IMG/VR virus record: IMGVR_UViG_3300012172_000010
Coordinates: 1 to 35,436 of that record
Direction: 5' to 3' (one strand)
Source: a virus
Lineage: Duplodnaviria; Caudoviricetes
DNA length: 35,436 nucleotides
The notes under the pieces are model-generated. The model was given only the letters and a program-made list of their open reading frames with translations. It had not been told where the DNA came from and ran no database searches. Within the stretch, counting starts at the first letter, position 1. Every line of letters starts with the position of its first letter. The position numbers were made by a program, and so were the translations under genes. Below, piece by piece: positions 8,307 through 17,133 of the stretch.

Positions 8307-8350
8307 AAGAACCCTAGAAAAGCCTTAAGAAAGCTTTTTTGGGGTTTTTT
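8307..8350 (+). terminator. Rho-independent terminator after major capsid
   Basis: AAGAACCCTAGAAAAGC / GCTTTTTTGGGGTTTTTT stem with U-tract. Confidence 0.8.
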
Positions 8351-8394
8351 ATTATTAAAATACACATTATTAGAGAGGAGGGGGGAGTCCTTTA

Positions 8395-8403
8395 TTAACA
8401 ACT
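8395..8403 (+). promoter_or_regulatory. TTAACAACT motif (putative late promoter)
   Basis: Directly after the terminator, 25 nt before ATG 8429. Confidence 0.6.
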
Positions 8404-8428
8404 TAAGTAAAGACTTTTGTGAACTATT

Positions 8429-8803
8429 ATGTCATTTAGAAACATACCATCTGCCGGAAGCGAATCTTGGAAAGATCCTGTATCTACTTTTTTTTCTCTG
8501 CCTTTAGTTAATAATACAATCGGTGATGCAAGGGTTACTGAAGATACTTCTCGAATATTTATTTGGGATGGTGATAGTTGGAATAGTGCTTCTCCTTCAC
8601 AAAGCGATAGTTTTATTATAATACAAACACCAGAAGGAACTTTTCCAACAGCAAGTAGTCCTTCAGATGCTCTAACATTCGAAACTGATAATAATAAATT
8701 ATCTATTATCGGCGATGCTAGTACAAAAACTATATTATTTCGAGTAAATGATAATGTTGCCACTCAAGAGGATGCTATTATAAAAGCAATTATTTTCGGC
8801 TAA
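8429..8803 (+). CDS. Short fibre-like structural protein
   Basis: N-terminal module shared with 14539 ORF (RNIP.AGS.SWK.PV...LP...N..GDAR...DT.....WDG..W); C-terminal AIIKAIIFG. Confidence 0.55.
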   Translation: MSFRNIPSAGSESWKDPVSTFFSLPLVNNTIGDARVTEDTSRIFIWDGDSWNSASPSQSDSFIIIQTPEGTFPTASSPSDALTFETDNNKLSIIGDASTKTILFRVNDNVATQEDAIIKAIIFG

Positions 8804-10218
8804 TGAAAACTATTATTACACAACCTATTTTTAATCCAGGAGCACAAACCCTAGATTTTTCTACTTTTCCTGGATTTGACATTGTAAATCTTTATGCTGT
8901 AATAAATACAAATGATAGTACGATTATATATGCAACTGCTCTTACTGGAAAAGGATATACTAGTGTAGTTGGAGATTTAGTAACATTAGAATTTGATACT
9001 TCTTCAATGAGTGCTTCTGATGATCTTCAAGTATTATATGATGATCCAAATGCTACAGTACAAATAATAGGCCCTTTATCTGTTTCTTCTCTTCCTAATC
9101 TTAATATAACAAATTTTCCAACCGTTCAATCTGTTAATGTAATTAATTCTCTTTCCATAGCTTCATTACCTAGTATTACAGGAAGCGTTGCTATTGTTGG
9201 AAATCTTTCTGTTTCATCTTTACCAAATGTCGTGATTAGTAATTTTCCAGCCACACAACCAGTTTCTTTAACTGGTGTAGTAGATTCTGGAAATTCAACT
9301 ACAACAAATTTAGGAGTTAGTAGTGTTTTTACTGGAGTATGGACTGATGTTCTTTTATATAATAATATTGTTATAACAATTCTAGCTAGTAGTGCTTCTG
9401 CAACTAATGGATTACAAGTTCAATGGTCAAATGATGGATCAACAATTCATTCAACAGATATATTTAATATTTCAGCAAATTTAGGAAAACAATTTTCTTT
9501 TGGTCGATTAAGTCGTTATTATCGTATAGTATATACTAATGGAGTTATTGCTCAAACATCTTTTAGTTTACAAACCATTCTTTGTATAGGAAATCTTAAA
9601 CCTTCTAGTCATAGAATTAATGATTCAATTATTGATGAAGATGATGCAGAACTTATCAAAGCTGTTATAACTGGAAGAACTACTGGTGGTATTTATAAAA
9701 ACGTTAATGTAGATGCAGATGGTAATCTTCAAACTATACCAGTTTCAGGAAGTAGTATTATTCCAACTCTGGGAACCAATCTTGTTTATGATGATATGAA
9801 TGTTGCTAATAATGGAATAGCAAGAGGCACTTCTATTGTTGCAGGGGCGGGTTGGACTCAGGTTTATAGTTATACGGGAAGTGGTATTCTTATGGGAGTT
9901 CTTCAAACTCTTGAAACAATAGAAGGAACTGCGGCAAGTGGTTGGTTTGTTAGACTGGTTATAGATAGTAATGAACTTTTTACTGCAACAGGAATAGCAA
10001 CAAGGGATCTTGCAACATCCACTATTTATAATTTTAATATTGGAACAACTCCATCCCCAACATGGGGAGGTCTTAACATAGTACAAGATACTTTTCGATG
10101 GGATTCTCCTAATAATTTACCAGTATCTTTTACAACAAATGTTACAGTATACGTTAGTAGAAGTGGTGCCGTGAATAAACTTTGGCGTGCTGGTGTGGTT
10201 TGTATAGCAAAGGTTTAA
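8803..10218 (+). CDS. Fibre/spike-like structural protein
   Basis: S/T/V-rich, LS(V/I)(S/A)SLP x3 and NFP.xQ.V repeats, beta-rich domains; TAATG coupled. Confidence 0.6.
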   Translation: MKTIITQPIFNPGAQTLDFSTFPGFDIVNLYAVINTNDSTIIYATALTGKGYTSVVGDLVTLEFDTSSMSASDDLQVLYDDPNATVQIIGPLSVSSLPNLNITNFPTVQSVNVINSLSIASLPSITGSVAIVGNLSVSSLPNVVISNFPATQPVSLTGVVDSGNSTTTNLGVSSVFTGVWTDVLLYNNIVITILASSASATNGLQVQWSNDGSTIHSTDIFNISANLGKQFSFGRLSRYYRIVYTNGVIAQTSFSLQTILCIGNLKPSSHRINDSIIDEDDAELIKAVITGRTTGGIYKNVNVDADGNLQTIPVSGSSIIPTLGTNLVYDDMNVANNGIARGTSIVAGAGWTQVYSYTGSGILMGVLQTLETIEGTAASGWFVRLVIDSNELFTATGIATRDLATSTIYNFNIGTTPSPTWGGLNIVQDTFRWDSPNNLPVSFTTNVTVYVSRSGAVNKLWRAGVVCIAKV

Positions 10219-10219
10219 A

Positions 10220-10990
10220 ATGATACAAATAAAAAATTGGTTAAGTTTTAAAAAGTTTATTGATGATAAATCTCTTTCGATTCAATTCATTGAATTTGAA
10301 GAAATGTATCATATATACGCATTTGATAATATTTTTAGTCTTCAATATATAATGGATAAATATTCATCAGATACAACAGATCTTATTGATTTTGAAACAA
10401 ATTATAAAAATCAAGCAAATAAGAAATTAGAAGAACCTAAAGATTCAGATGGAACACCACTAACAAGAACAAAAATTACTCAATCTGGTTGGATTTATCA
10501 TCTTCATTCAATAGAATTTGAAGTATCTAAACTTAATTCTGTTATAGAAAAAAAATCAGATAATACTGATTGGAATTTTACAAACTTTTATTTTTATGAA
10601 TTAATAGATAATGTTGAAACTCTTATGGTTAATCCATCACAAGAAGAAATTACTAGTAAATGTATTAAAACTATCGTTGATTGGGAACCAGACTTTGATT
10701 ATGACGTAATAGGCGGATTTTTTAAACAACAAACTTTACCAACAGAAGATATTCGTATGTGGATAGTTGGAGTACCAGATGTTCCAGAAAACTACGGTGG
10801 AAGTAAATTATTTGTATCTTCTCTTAATTTAAAGTTTATGGGAACAGATGGTATAAAAGTTAATGCTCATGCTCCTAAATATTTATCTTATGATCCTATT
10901 TATCATACAAATAAATTAAGAATGATTTTTAGACATCCTGCTGGATTTACACATAAAATGTGTTTAATTTTAGAAATTTTTAAAGAATAA
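10220..10990 (+). CDS. Hypothetical protein (possible fibre accessory)
   Basis: 256-aa ORF tightly coupled to neighbours; DFETNYK..AN motif. Confidence 0.6.
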   Translation: MIQIKNWLSFKKFIDDKSLSIQFIEFEEMYHIYAFDNIFSLQYIMDKYSSDTTDLIDFETNYKNQANKKLEEPKDSDGTPLTRTKITQSGWIYHLHSIEFEVSKLNSVIEKKSDNTDWNFTNFYFYELIDNVETLMVNPSQEEITSKCIKTIVDWEPDFDYDVIGGFFKQQTLPTEDIRMWIVGVPDVPENYGGSKLFVSSLNLKFMGTDGIKVNAHAPKYLSYDPIYHTNKLRMIFRHPAGFTHKMCLILEIFKE

Positions 10991-11241
10991 TGAATAAATT
11001 AAAACAATATTTTTGGAATTGTTTAATAGCTTTTGATCAATTTGTTAATACTATTTGTGGTGGAGATCCTGACGAAACTATTAGCTCACGAATGGGTAAA
11101 TGGGCAAGAAACGGTGAAAATAATAATGGTTTAAAAAAGCCTTTATATATGATTGCACATTTTGTTGTTGAATTATTTGAAAAAAATCATTTTTCTAAGT
11201 CTATTGAAGAGGATGAAGGAAAAAACGAAATACTAGATTAA
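10990..11241 (+). CDS. Conserved small phage protein (DQxxN...GGDPDETISSR family)
   Basis: Motif IAFDQFVNTICGGDPDETISSRMGK, commonly seen near phage fibre genes; function unknown. Confidence 0.7.
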   Translation: MNKLKQYFWNCLIAFDQFVNTICGGDPDETISSRMGKWARNGENNNGLKKPLYMIAHFVVELFEKNHFSKSIEEDEGKNEILD

Positions 11242-11242
11242 T

Positions 11243-11449
11243 ATGAAAAAAGTTATTATATTTCATAATGGTTCTTCTCCAAGAATATATTATAATATTG
11301 ATATTTCTAAAATAACCGAACCTTATTTAATAAACCCCCCTATTCCCAAAAGAGTCCCCCCTCATTTATGGAAAATAAAAAATAATAAAGTGGTCGTTAA
11401 GTTCAATTTTCGTTATTTTTGGTCATTTCTTAAATCTAGGTTACTATAA
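11243..11449 (+). CDS. Hypothetical protein
   Basis: 68-aa ORF, INP....VPPHLWK motif, 1 nt after the previous stop. Confidence 0.55.
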   Translation: MKKVIIFHNGSSPRIYYNIDISKITEPYLINPPIPKRVPPHLWKIKNNKVVVKFNFRYFWSFLKSRLL

Positions 11450-11473
11450 TATATTCTGTGGTTTATTATTCAG

Positions 11474-11484
11474 TTTTAACAACT
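11474..11484 (+). promoter_or_regulatory. TTTTAACAACT motif (putative late promoter)
   Basis: Intergenic, followed by ATATAA. Confidence 0.6.
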
Positions 11485-11513
11485 ATATAAAGAAAGTTTA
11501 TTTAAGGTGTTAA

Positions 11514-11546
11514 ATGGCATATACTGTTACTAAAGGAAATAAATAA
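11514..11546 (+). other. 10-codon leader ORF MAYTVTKGNK duplicating next gene's N-terminus
   Basis: Own SD-like AAGGTG; TAATG overlap with 11546. Confidence 0.45.
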
Positions 11547-12031
11547 TGGCATACACCGTAACAATCCAAGGAAACAGCTTGTCCCTACCAGAAGTTAGTG
11601 CTTCTCCAAATTGGGCACCTGGTCAAGTTGCTTTTAATAAAGCGGTTGCTAATGCTCTACAATTTACTGTTGGAACCTTCGATATTCCACCCACTACCTA
11701 TCAAATGGTTAGTAATGTTAATAATGATGTTGAAATTGGTGGATTAGCATTTCCTACTAGTCAAATTCGTGCAGTATTTTTATATTATTCAGTTTTTCGT
11801 ACTACTAGTACAAATAATCAAGCCGAAGCTGGCATGATTACAATGGTTTATAATCCAAATAATTCAGTAAATAATAAATGGGAAAAAGTTCAACAATTTT
11901 GTGGAAGTAGTACTGTTACTTTTTCTATTACGGATAGTGGTCAGGTAACTTTTTCTAGCACAAGTTTGGCTGGTAGTAATCATTCTGGAACTATCGGTTA
12001 TTATGCAAAAGTATTACAACAACTTTATTAA
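11546..12031 (+). CDS. Virion structural protein (beta-rich)
   Basis: 161 aa, SD AAAGGA, S/T-rich, within structural cluster. Confidence 0.6.
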   Translation: MAYTVTIQGNSLSLPEVSASPNWAPGQVAFNKAVANALQFTVGTFDIPPTTYQMVSNVNNDVEIGGLAFPTSQIRAVFLYYSVFRTTSTNNQAEAGMITMVYNPNNSVNNKWEKVQQFCGSSTVTFSITDSGQVTFSSTSLAGSNHSGTIGYYAKVLQQLY

Positions 12032-12044
12032 AGGAAATAATTAA

Positions 12045-14519
12045 GTGGCTTTTTCATTTACAAAATTTTTAAAAGGTATTAATTTAGTTCCAAAAAGTGC
12101 ATCTACAGTTTCTTCTCTAGGAGATTTAGATGTTACAACAGATGGTCAACTTCATTTTTATAACGGTACTATTGATACCACACTTACTAATGCTAACAAT
12201 GTTCAAACTTTTACAAATAAAACCATTGATGGTAATGTAAACACTATTATAAATGTTTCTGCTTCTTCTTTACCTTCAGATATTGTTTATACTAATGCAA
12301 CTCAAACATTAACAAATAAAACTTTAACCAGTCCTATTTTAAATAGTCCTAGTTTAAATACAGCAAATGTTGGTTCACCAATGACATTTGTTGAAGGTGC
12401 TGCTCCTTCTAATCCATCTGCTGGTAATAGAGCTTTTTATGCTAAATCTGATGGTTTTTATGAAAAAGATTCAGCGGGAGTTGAAACACAATTTGGTGCT
12501 GCAAGTGGTGATGTTGTTGGACCAGGTTCCAGTACTGATAATGCGATTGCTAAATGGGATGGAACTGGTGGAAATACTCTTCAAAATTCAAATATATTAA
12601 TCGATACGGATGATGTAAGTTTTATTAATATTTTACCACCTGATAATGTTGCTGTAGATGCTGATCCTGGGATGGATGTTGAATTACGTGGTACAGCAAA
12701 ACTTGCTGGAACTGGTGATGGTGGTGGACTTTTTCTACGCGGTGGAGAATCTACTGGTGGAAATGGTGGTCCTGTTACAATTGCCCCCGGTTCTGCTTTG
12801 GTTGGAAATGATGGATATATTTCACTTCAAGGTCGAGTTCGTGTTCAAAGACAATCTTTTGCAACATCCGGAAATGTTAATACTAATGTTTATTATGTTG
12901 CTGTAACAGATACATCAGCCCCACGTACTTTAACTTTACCAACCATTACAACAGTTGGTCAAGGAACTATATTAGTAATTAAAGATGAAAGCGGCAGCGC
13001 AGCAGCAAATAATATTACCATTGCTGCTGGTGGATCAGATATATTTGATGATGGTGGTACAACCAAAATTATTAATGCTAATAATGGTTCATTTACTATT
13101 ATTGGTAGTAGTTCTTCTCACTGGAGAACAGTTAGTGATACAAATAGTTTGATTACAGGACCAGGTTCTTCTGCATCAGGTAGACTTGTTTCATGGAGTG
13201 GTACAACTGGAAAAATTATAACCAATTCTACTATTTCAAATGCAACTGCTGGGGTTTTAAGTTCACTTTCTGGAACAAATCTTGGTTTACAAACCGCAGC
13301 AAGTACTGATAGTGTTCAAATTGGATTTCCTCCCAATGCATTGTTAAATGTTACACCATATACTGGTTCTACTGGAGTATCTTTAACTCCTTCTGCTGGA
13401 AATTTTAGTATTAAAAGTGGGTCTGATGAGCGTCTTCTAATTGATAGTTCTGGAAATTTTTCTGTAAAAAGTGGTTCTTCTGTTAGTAGATTGAGCATTG
13501 ATAGTACCGGAGCAGTAACTTTTAGAAATGGTTCTTCTGATAAACTTTCTATTGATACGGGTGGAAACGTTGTTATTGGTTCTGCTGCATTAGCTACAAA
13601 TGCTACAAATGGATTTTTAAATATTACATCTAGTGCTGGCGCTCCTACTGGAGTTCCTACAGCTTTTACTGGTAGAGTTCCAATTCATTATGATAGTACA
13701 AATAATATTTTATATGTCTATGATGCTGGTTGGGTAAGTATTGGTGCTCCTGTAGGAACAATTGTTAATGGTGGTAATACATTAGGTTCTAATATTTCAA
13801 TTGGAACTAATGATGCATTTACATTAGGTTTCGAAACAAATAATATCGAAAGATTAACATTATCCTCTTCAACTCCATTATTAAGCGTTCCTGATTCAAA
13901 TACTAATCCAAAAGATTTTGAATTACGTGCTGGTAAAGGTGTTAGTGGTAACGTTGCTGGTGGTGATGCAATTTTAACTGCCGGAGATGGAATTGGAACT
14001 GGTGCTGCTGGTGATGTTGTTTTAAAAGGTGGAACTCCTGTAAGTGGGAATATTGGACAAGTTCAGGTAGAATTGGCTGGCAGTCCAATGGCTCATTTTG
14101 AGTATAACAATCAAGGAGCTTGTACTTTTAAAATAACGAATGTCGCATATGGTAGTAATGATCCAAGTATTATGGCCTCAAATTTTAGAGTAGATCATGC
14201 TCTTGCTGATACTAGTGATAATACACCAACATCGGCATTTAGTTATTCATTAAATGATGGGGCGCAAATTTGGGATATTAAAATAAATGCTTTTGATGGT
14301 ACTGATAGTGCCGCTTTTCATTGGGTTGCTAGAGTAAAAACTGTTGGTGGAGTTCCTGATGTAAATACACTTTCAACTTCTACTAATGCTGATGCTGGTG
14401 CATCTACATGGAATATTAGTATAGATCAATCAACTCCACCCATTGTTTCAATTCTTGTTACAGGACAAATTGCTAAAGATATTAGTTGGAATGGTGTTGT
14501 TACAATTACTGGATTTTAA
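12045..14519 (+). CDS. Tail fibre-like protein
   Basis: 824 aa G/S/T-rich; QT(F/L)TNKT repeats, GP.SS modules, RL.ID.SGN repeats; GTG start with SD AAAGGA. Confidence 0.75.
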   Translation: MAFSFTKFLKGINLVPKSASTVSSLGDLDVTTDGQLHFYNGTIDTTLTNANNVQTFTNKTIDGNVNTIINVSASSLPSDIVYTNATQTLTNKTLTSPILNSPSLNTANVGSPMTFVEGAAPSNPSAGNRAFYAKSDGFYEKDSAGVETQFGAASGDVVGPGSSTDNAIAKWDGTGGNTLQNSNILIDTDDVSFINILPPDNVAVDADPGMDVELRGTAKLAGTGDGGGLFLRGGESTGGNGGPVTIAPGSALVGNDGYISLQGRVRVQRQSFATSGNVNTNVYYVAVTDTSAPRTLTLPTITTVGQGTILVIKDESGSAAANNITIAAGGSDIFDDGGTTKIINANNGSFTIIGSSSSHWRTVSDTNSLITGPGSSASGRLVSWSGTTGKIITNSTISNATAGVLSSLSGTNLGLQTAASTDSVQIGFPPNALLNVTPYTGSTGVSLTPSAGNFSIKSGSDERLLIDSSGNFSVKSGSSVSRLSIDSTGAVTFRNGSSDKLSIDTGGNVVIGSAALATNATNGFLNITSSAGAPTGVPTAFTGRVPIHYDSTNNILYVYDAGWVSIGAPVGTIVNGGNTLGSNISIGTNDAFTLGFETNNIERLTLSSSTPLLSVPDSNTNPKDFELRAGKGVSGNVAGGDAILTAGDGIGTGAAGDVVLKGGTPVSGNIGQVQVELAGSPMAHFEYNNQGACTFKITNVAYGSNDPSIMASNFRVDHALADTSDNTPTSAFSYSLNDGAQIWDIKINAFDGTDSAAFHWVARVKTVGGVPDVNTLSTSTNADAGASTWNISIDQSTPPIVSILVTGQIAKDISWNGVVTITGF

Positions 14520-14538
14520 TTAAAAAAGGAAAATATAA

Positions 14539-15804
14539 ATGGCTGAAAGTTATAGAAATATTCCCGATGCAGGAAGTCCTAGTTGGAAAGAACCTGTTGC
14601 AACAGTGGGTGATTTACCTACATCGGGCAATGGAAATGGTGATGCCCGTGCCGTTATAGACACAGGAGTTGTTTATGTTTGGGATGGAAGTGCTTGGGTA
14701 TCTCAAGGTGGCGGGGGTGGTACGGGTGATGTAACAGGACCAAGTTCAAGTACATCAGGTACTATTGCTGTTTTTTCTGGAACAAGTGGTAAAATAATTG
14801 CTGATGCAACTAATTTAATTGCAACGGCAACTAACATAACTCCAGCGACGGCTGGAACTTTTAGTATAAATGGATTTGTTAATACAAGTGGAGCAGGAAG
14901 CAGTTTAACTCTTAGAGGGGGAAACTCTACTGGTAATTTAGGCGGCGCTATTTCTGTTACCGCAGGAAGTACCCAACAATCTGGTAATGGTGCTACAACA
15001 ACTATAACTGGTGGTTCTAATACTGTTGGAGGCGGCGGAACTACTATTGTAGCTGCTGGAACTAGTAATGCGGCTTCACAATCTGGCGGCAATCTTTCGC
15101 TTCGCGGCGGACAGCCTGGTTCTGGTGGAACTGCCGGTTCTATTGGTATGACTACAGGAACTTCTGCTGGTGGTAGTACACGTTTAACAATTGATGGTAG
15201 TGGTAACATTATCCCTGGAACTGCCGCTTTGGCTACTACAGCTACCGATGGATTTATATATAGTCAAAGTTGTGCAGGAACTCCAACAGGTGTTCCAGCA
15301 GCTACAGCAACTGGTAGAGTACCATTAATAATTGATTCAACTAATAATCGTTTATATAGTTATATATCAGGATGGGTTCAACCAGCATTAAATGCACTAT
15401 TAACAGGATTTTCAGCCGCAGCAGGAACAGTTTCATCATCTGATAGTATTTTAACTGCTATTAATAAAATTGTTGGTAATCTTGGTTTACTTGCTACTCC
15501 AGAAGTAGATCATGGTGATATGGGTGCCACTGAAACGATTGATTTTGCAACTGGTCCAGCACATTATGGAAATATAAGCGCGGCTTGTACTGTAACATTA
15601 TCAAATGTTGTTAGTGGAAGTGCTTATAGTGTTGTAATTGAAGCAAATGGGACAGATGATATTACATGGGCCGGACCCACAATTGATTGGGGTACTGATG
15701 GTCAACCAGATTTTACGGCATTAGCCGATGGTGATTTAACTTTAATTAATTTTTATTATAGTGGTACAAAAACGGTTGTGCTTGCTAGTTATAAATCGTA
15801 TTAA
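14539..15804 (+). CDS. Tail fibre-like protein
   Basis: 421 aa, Gly-rich repeats, modules shared with 8429 and 12045 ORFs. Confidence 0.75.
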   Translation: MAESYRNIPDAGSPSWKEPVATVGDLPTSGNGNGDARAVIDTGVVYVWDGSAWVSQGGGGGTGDVTGPSSSTSGTIAVFSGTSGKIIADATNLIATATNITPATAGTFSINGFVNTSGAGSSLTLRGGNSTGNLGGAISVTAGSTQQSGNGATTTITGGSNTVGGGGTTIVAAGTSNAASQSGGNLSLRGGQPGSGGTAGSIGMTTGTSAGGSTRLTIDGSGNIIPGTAALATTATDGFIYSQSCAGTPTGVPAATATGRVPLIIDSTNNRLYSYISGWVQPALNALLTGFSAAAGTVSSSDSILTAINKIVGNLGLLATPEVDHGDMGATETIDFATGPAHYGNISAACTVTLSNVVSGSAYSVVIEANGTDDITWAGPTIDWGTDGQPDFTALADGDLTLINFYYSGTKTVVLASYKSY

Positions 15805-15813
15805 AAGAAATAT

Positions 15814-16590
15814 ATGTCTCAACGTTATTTAGCACCAATTAAAACAAATGCAGCACCACCTCCAGGTTGGGTTCCATCTGATAAAGCCGGACTTATTGCG
15901 TGGTTTAGAGCGGATACTGTTAGTGTTGATGGTGGTAATAATGTTACATCTTGGACAGATCAAAGCGGTAATGCATATAATGCTACACCAACTGGTACCG
16001 CACCTAAAAAAGTAAATAGTGTTATAAATGGAAACCCTGTTATAAGATTTGTGGCTGCGGATAACGGTAGATTAACTTTTGCAAGTGGAATATCTTTATT
16101 AGATAAAGACACAGCCAACACTGTTGTTTTTATAACAAAAGCAACGGCTCAATTAACTGGTGGTAGTTTTGGTGTATTTTTAGGTTTAGGAACATCAAGT
16201 ACAACAAGAACTTCTTTTTTTAATGCTGAAACAGCAACTTATGGTCAATTAAATGCTGGTGGTGGAACTGCTGGAACTGATACAAACGTTGGTTTAACTA
16301 CTTTTAATTATTATTCAGCATTTTATTCTTTAATTTCTCAATATAACGGTGGAGGAAGTTTTAGTACCGCAGCAAATTATTCTTGGTTAACTAATGGTAG
16401 TACTAATAACCCGACTAATTTTGCTGGTGCAGTTAATACAACAACAGGAGAAAACTGTATAGGAGCATTTGGTCCTTCTGCTCTTAATTACGATGGGGAT
16501 ATTGCCGAGATTATTGTTTGGAATAGTACATTAAGTGGGGGAGATCAAACATCGTTGTTAAGTTATATTTCTAGTAGGTATGGTATATAA
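15814..16590 (+). CDS. LamG/concanavalin-like lectin-fold protein (putative receptor binding)
   Basis: WFRAD...V.SW.DQSGN, ING.PV.RF, Y.GDIAEII.WN..LS motifs. Confidence 0.7.
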   Translation: MSQRYLAPIKTNAAPPPGWVPSDKAGLIAWFRADTVSVDGGNNVTSWTDQSGNAYNATPTGTAPKKVNSVINGNPVIRFVAADNGRLTFASGISLLDKDTANTVVFITKATAQLTGGSFGVFLGLGTSSTTRTSFFNAETATYGQLNAGGGTAGTDTNVGLTTFNYYSAFYSLISQYNGGGSFSTAANYSWLTNGSTNNPTNFAGAVNTTTGENCIGAFGPSALNYDGDIAEIIVWNSTLSGGDQTSLLSYISSRYGI

Positions 16591-16755
16591 ATGATAAATG
16601 AATGGTCAGTTGTAGGAGATGATGTGGTTCTTACTTTAACAGAAGGTGAACCAGTAGAGGGTGCTGTTGAGACATGGACTTCCGCTGGTATAACTTTAGA
16701 AGGTGATAATTTTTATTCTTGGATTGTAATTACAAATTGGGAAATTATCCCATAA
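16591..16755 (+). CDS. Small acidic hypothetical protein (54 aa, MINEWSVVGDDVVL...)
   Basis: Manually translated, starts right after previous stop; not in ORF track. Confidence 0.6.
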   Translation: MINEWSVVGDDVVLTLTEGEPVEGAVETWTSAGITLEGDNFYSWIVITNWEIIP

Positions 16756-16770
16756 ATGAAAGGTAAATAA

Positions 16771-17112
16771 ATGTTAAATGTCGCATATAGTCTTGATACT
16801 CTTTTAGATGGAGTATCTTTAAATGATGAACAATCTACAAATCCTTTAAATATTAAAAATATGATAGGATATTCTGCTGAATTTATTTGGTCTGCTGGTA
16901 GTGTAAGTAGATCTGTAACATTAGAATTAAGAGCTTCTAATACTGAAGATGGTGGATTTACTGTTATTGATAGTTACACTATTGATGGTAATGAAGGAGT
17001 TCGTTTAATAAATGTAGAATATCCACGTTATAACTGGATTAAAGTGACTAGTTCTAATGCTAGTGCTGGTGGTGGTACACTAACAGTTACAATAGCTGGT
17101 AGAGGTATATAA
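16771..17112 (+). CDS. Small beta-sandwich structural protein
   Basis: 113 aa, SD AAGG, TLEL.ASN / YNWIKV / GTLTVTI pattern. Confidence 0.55.
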   Translation: MLNVAYSLDTLLDGVSLNDEQSTNPLNIKNMIGYSAEFIWSAGSVSRSVTLELRASNTEDGGFTVIDSYTIDGNEGVRLINVEYPRYNWIKVTSSNASAGGGTLTVTIAGRGI

Positions 17113-17133
17113 CAAGGTTTTATAATTTTTAAA

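Noticed and set aside
8270-8310. Capsid C-terminal extension by frameshift or read-through
   Set aside because: Tandem TAA TAA, no slippery site, terminator follows
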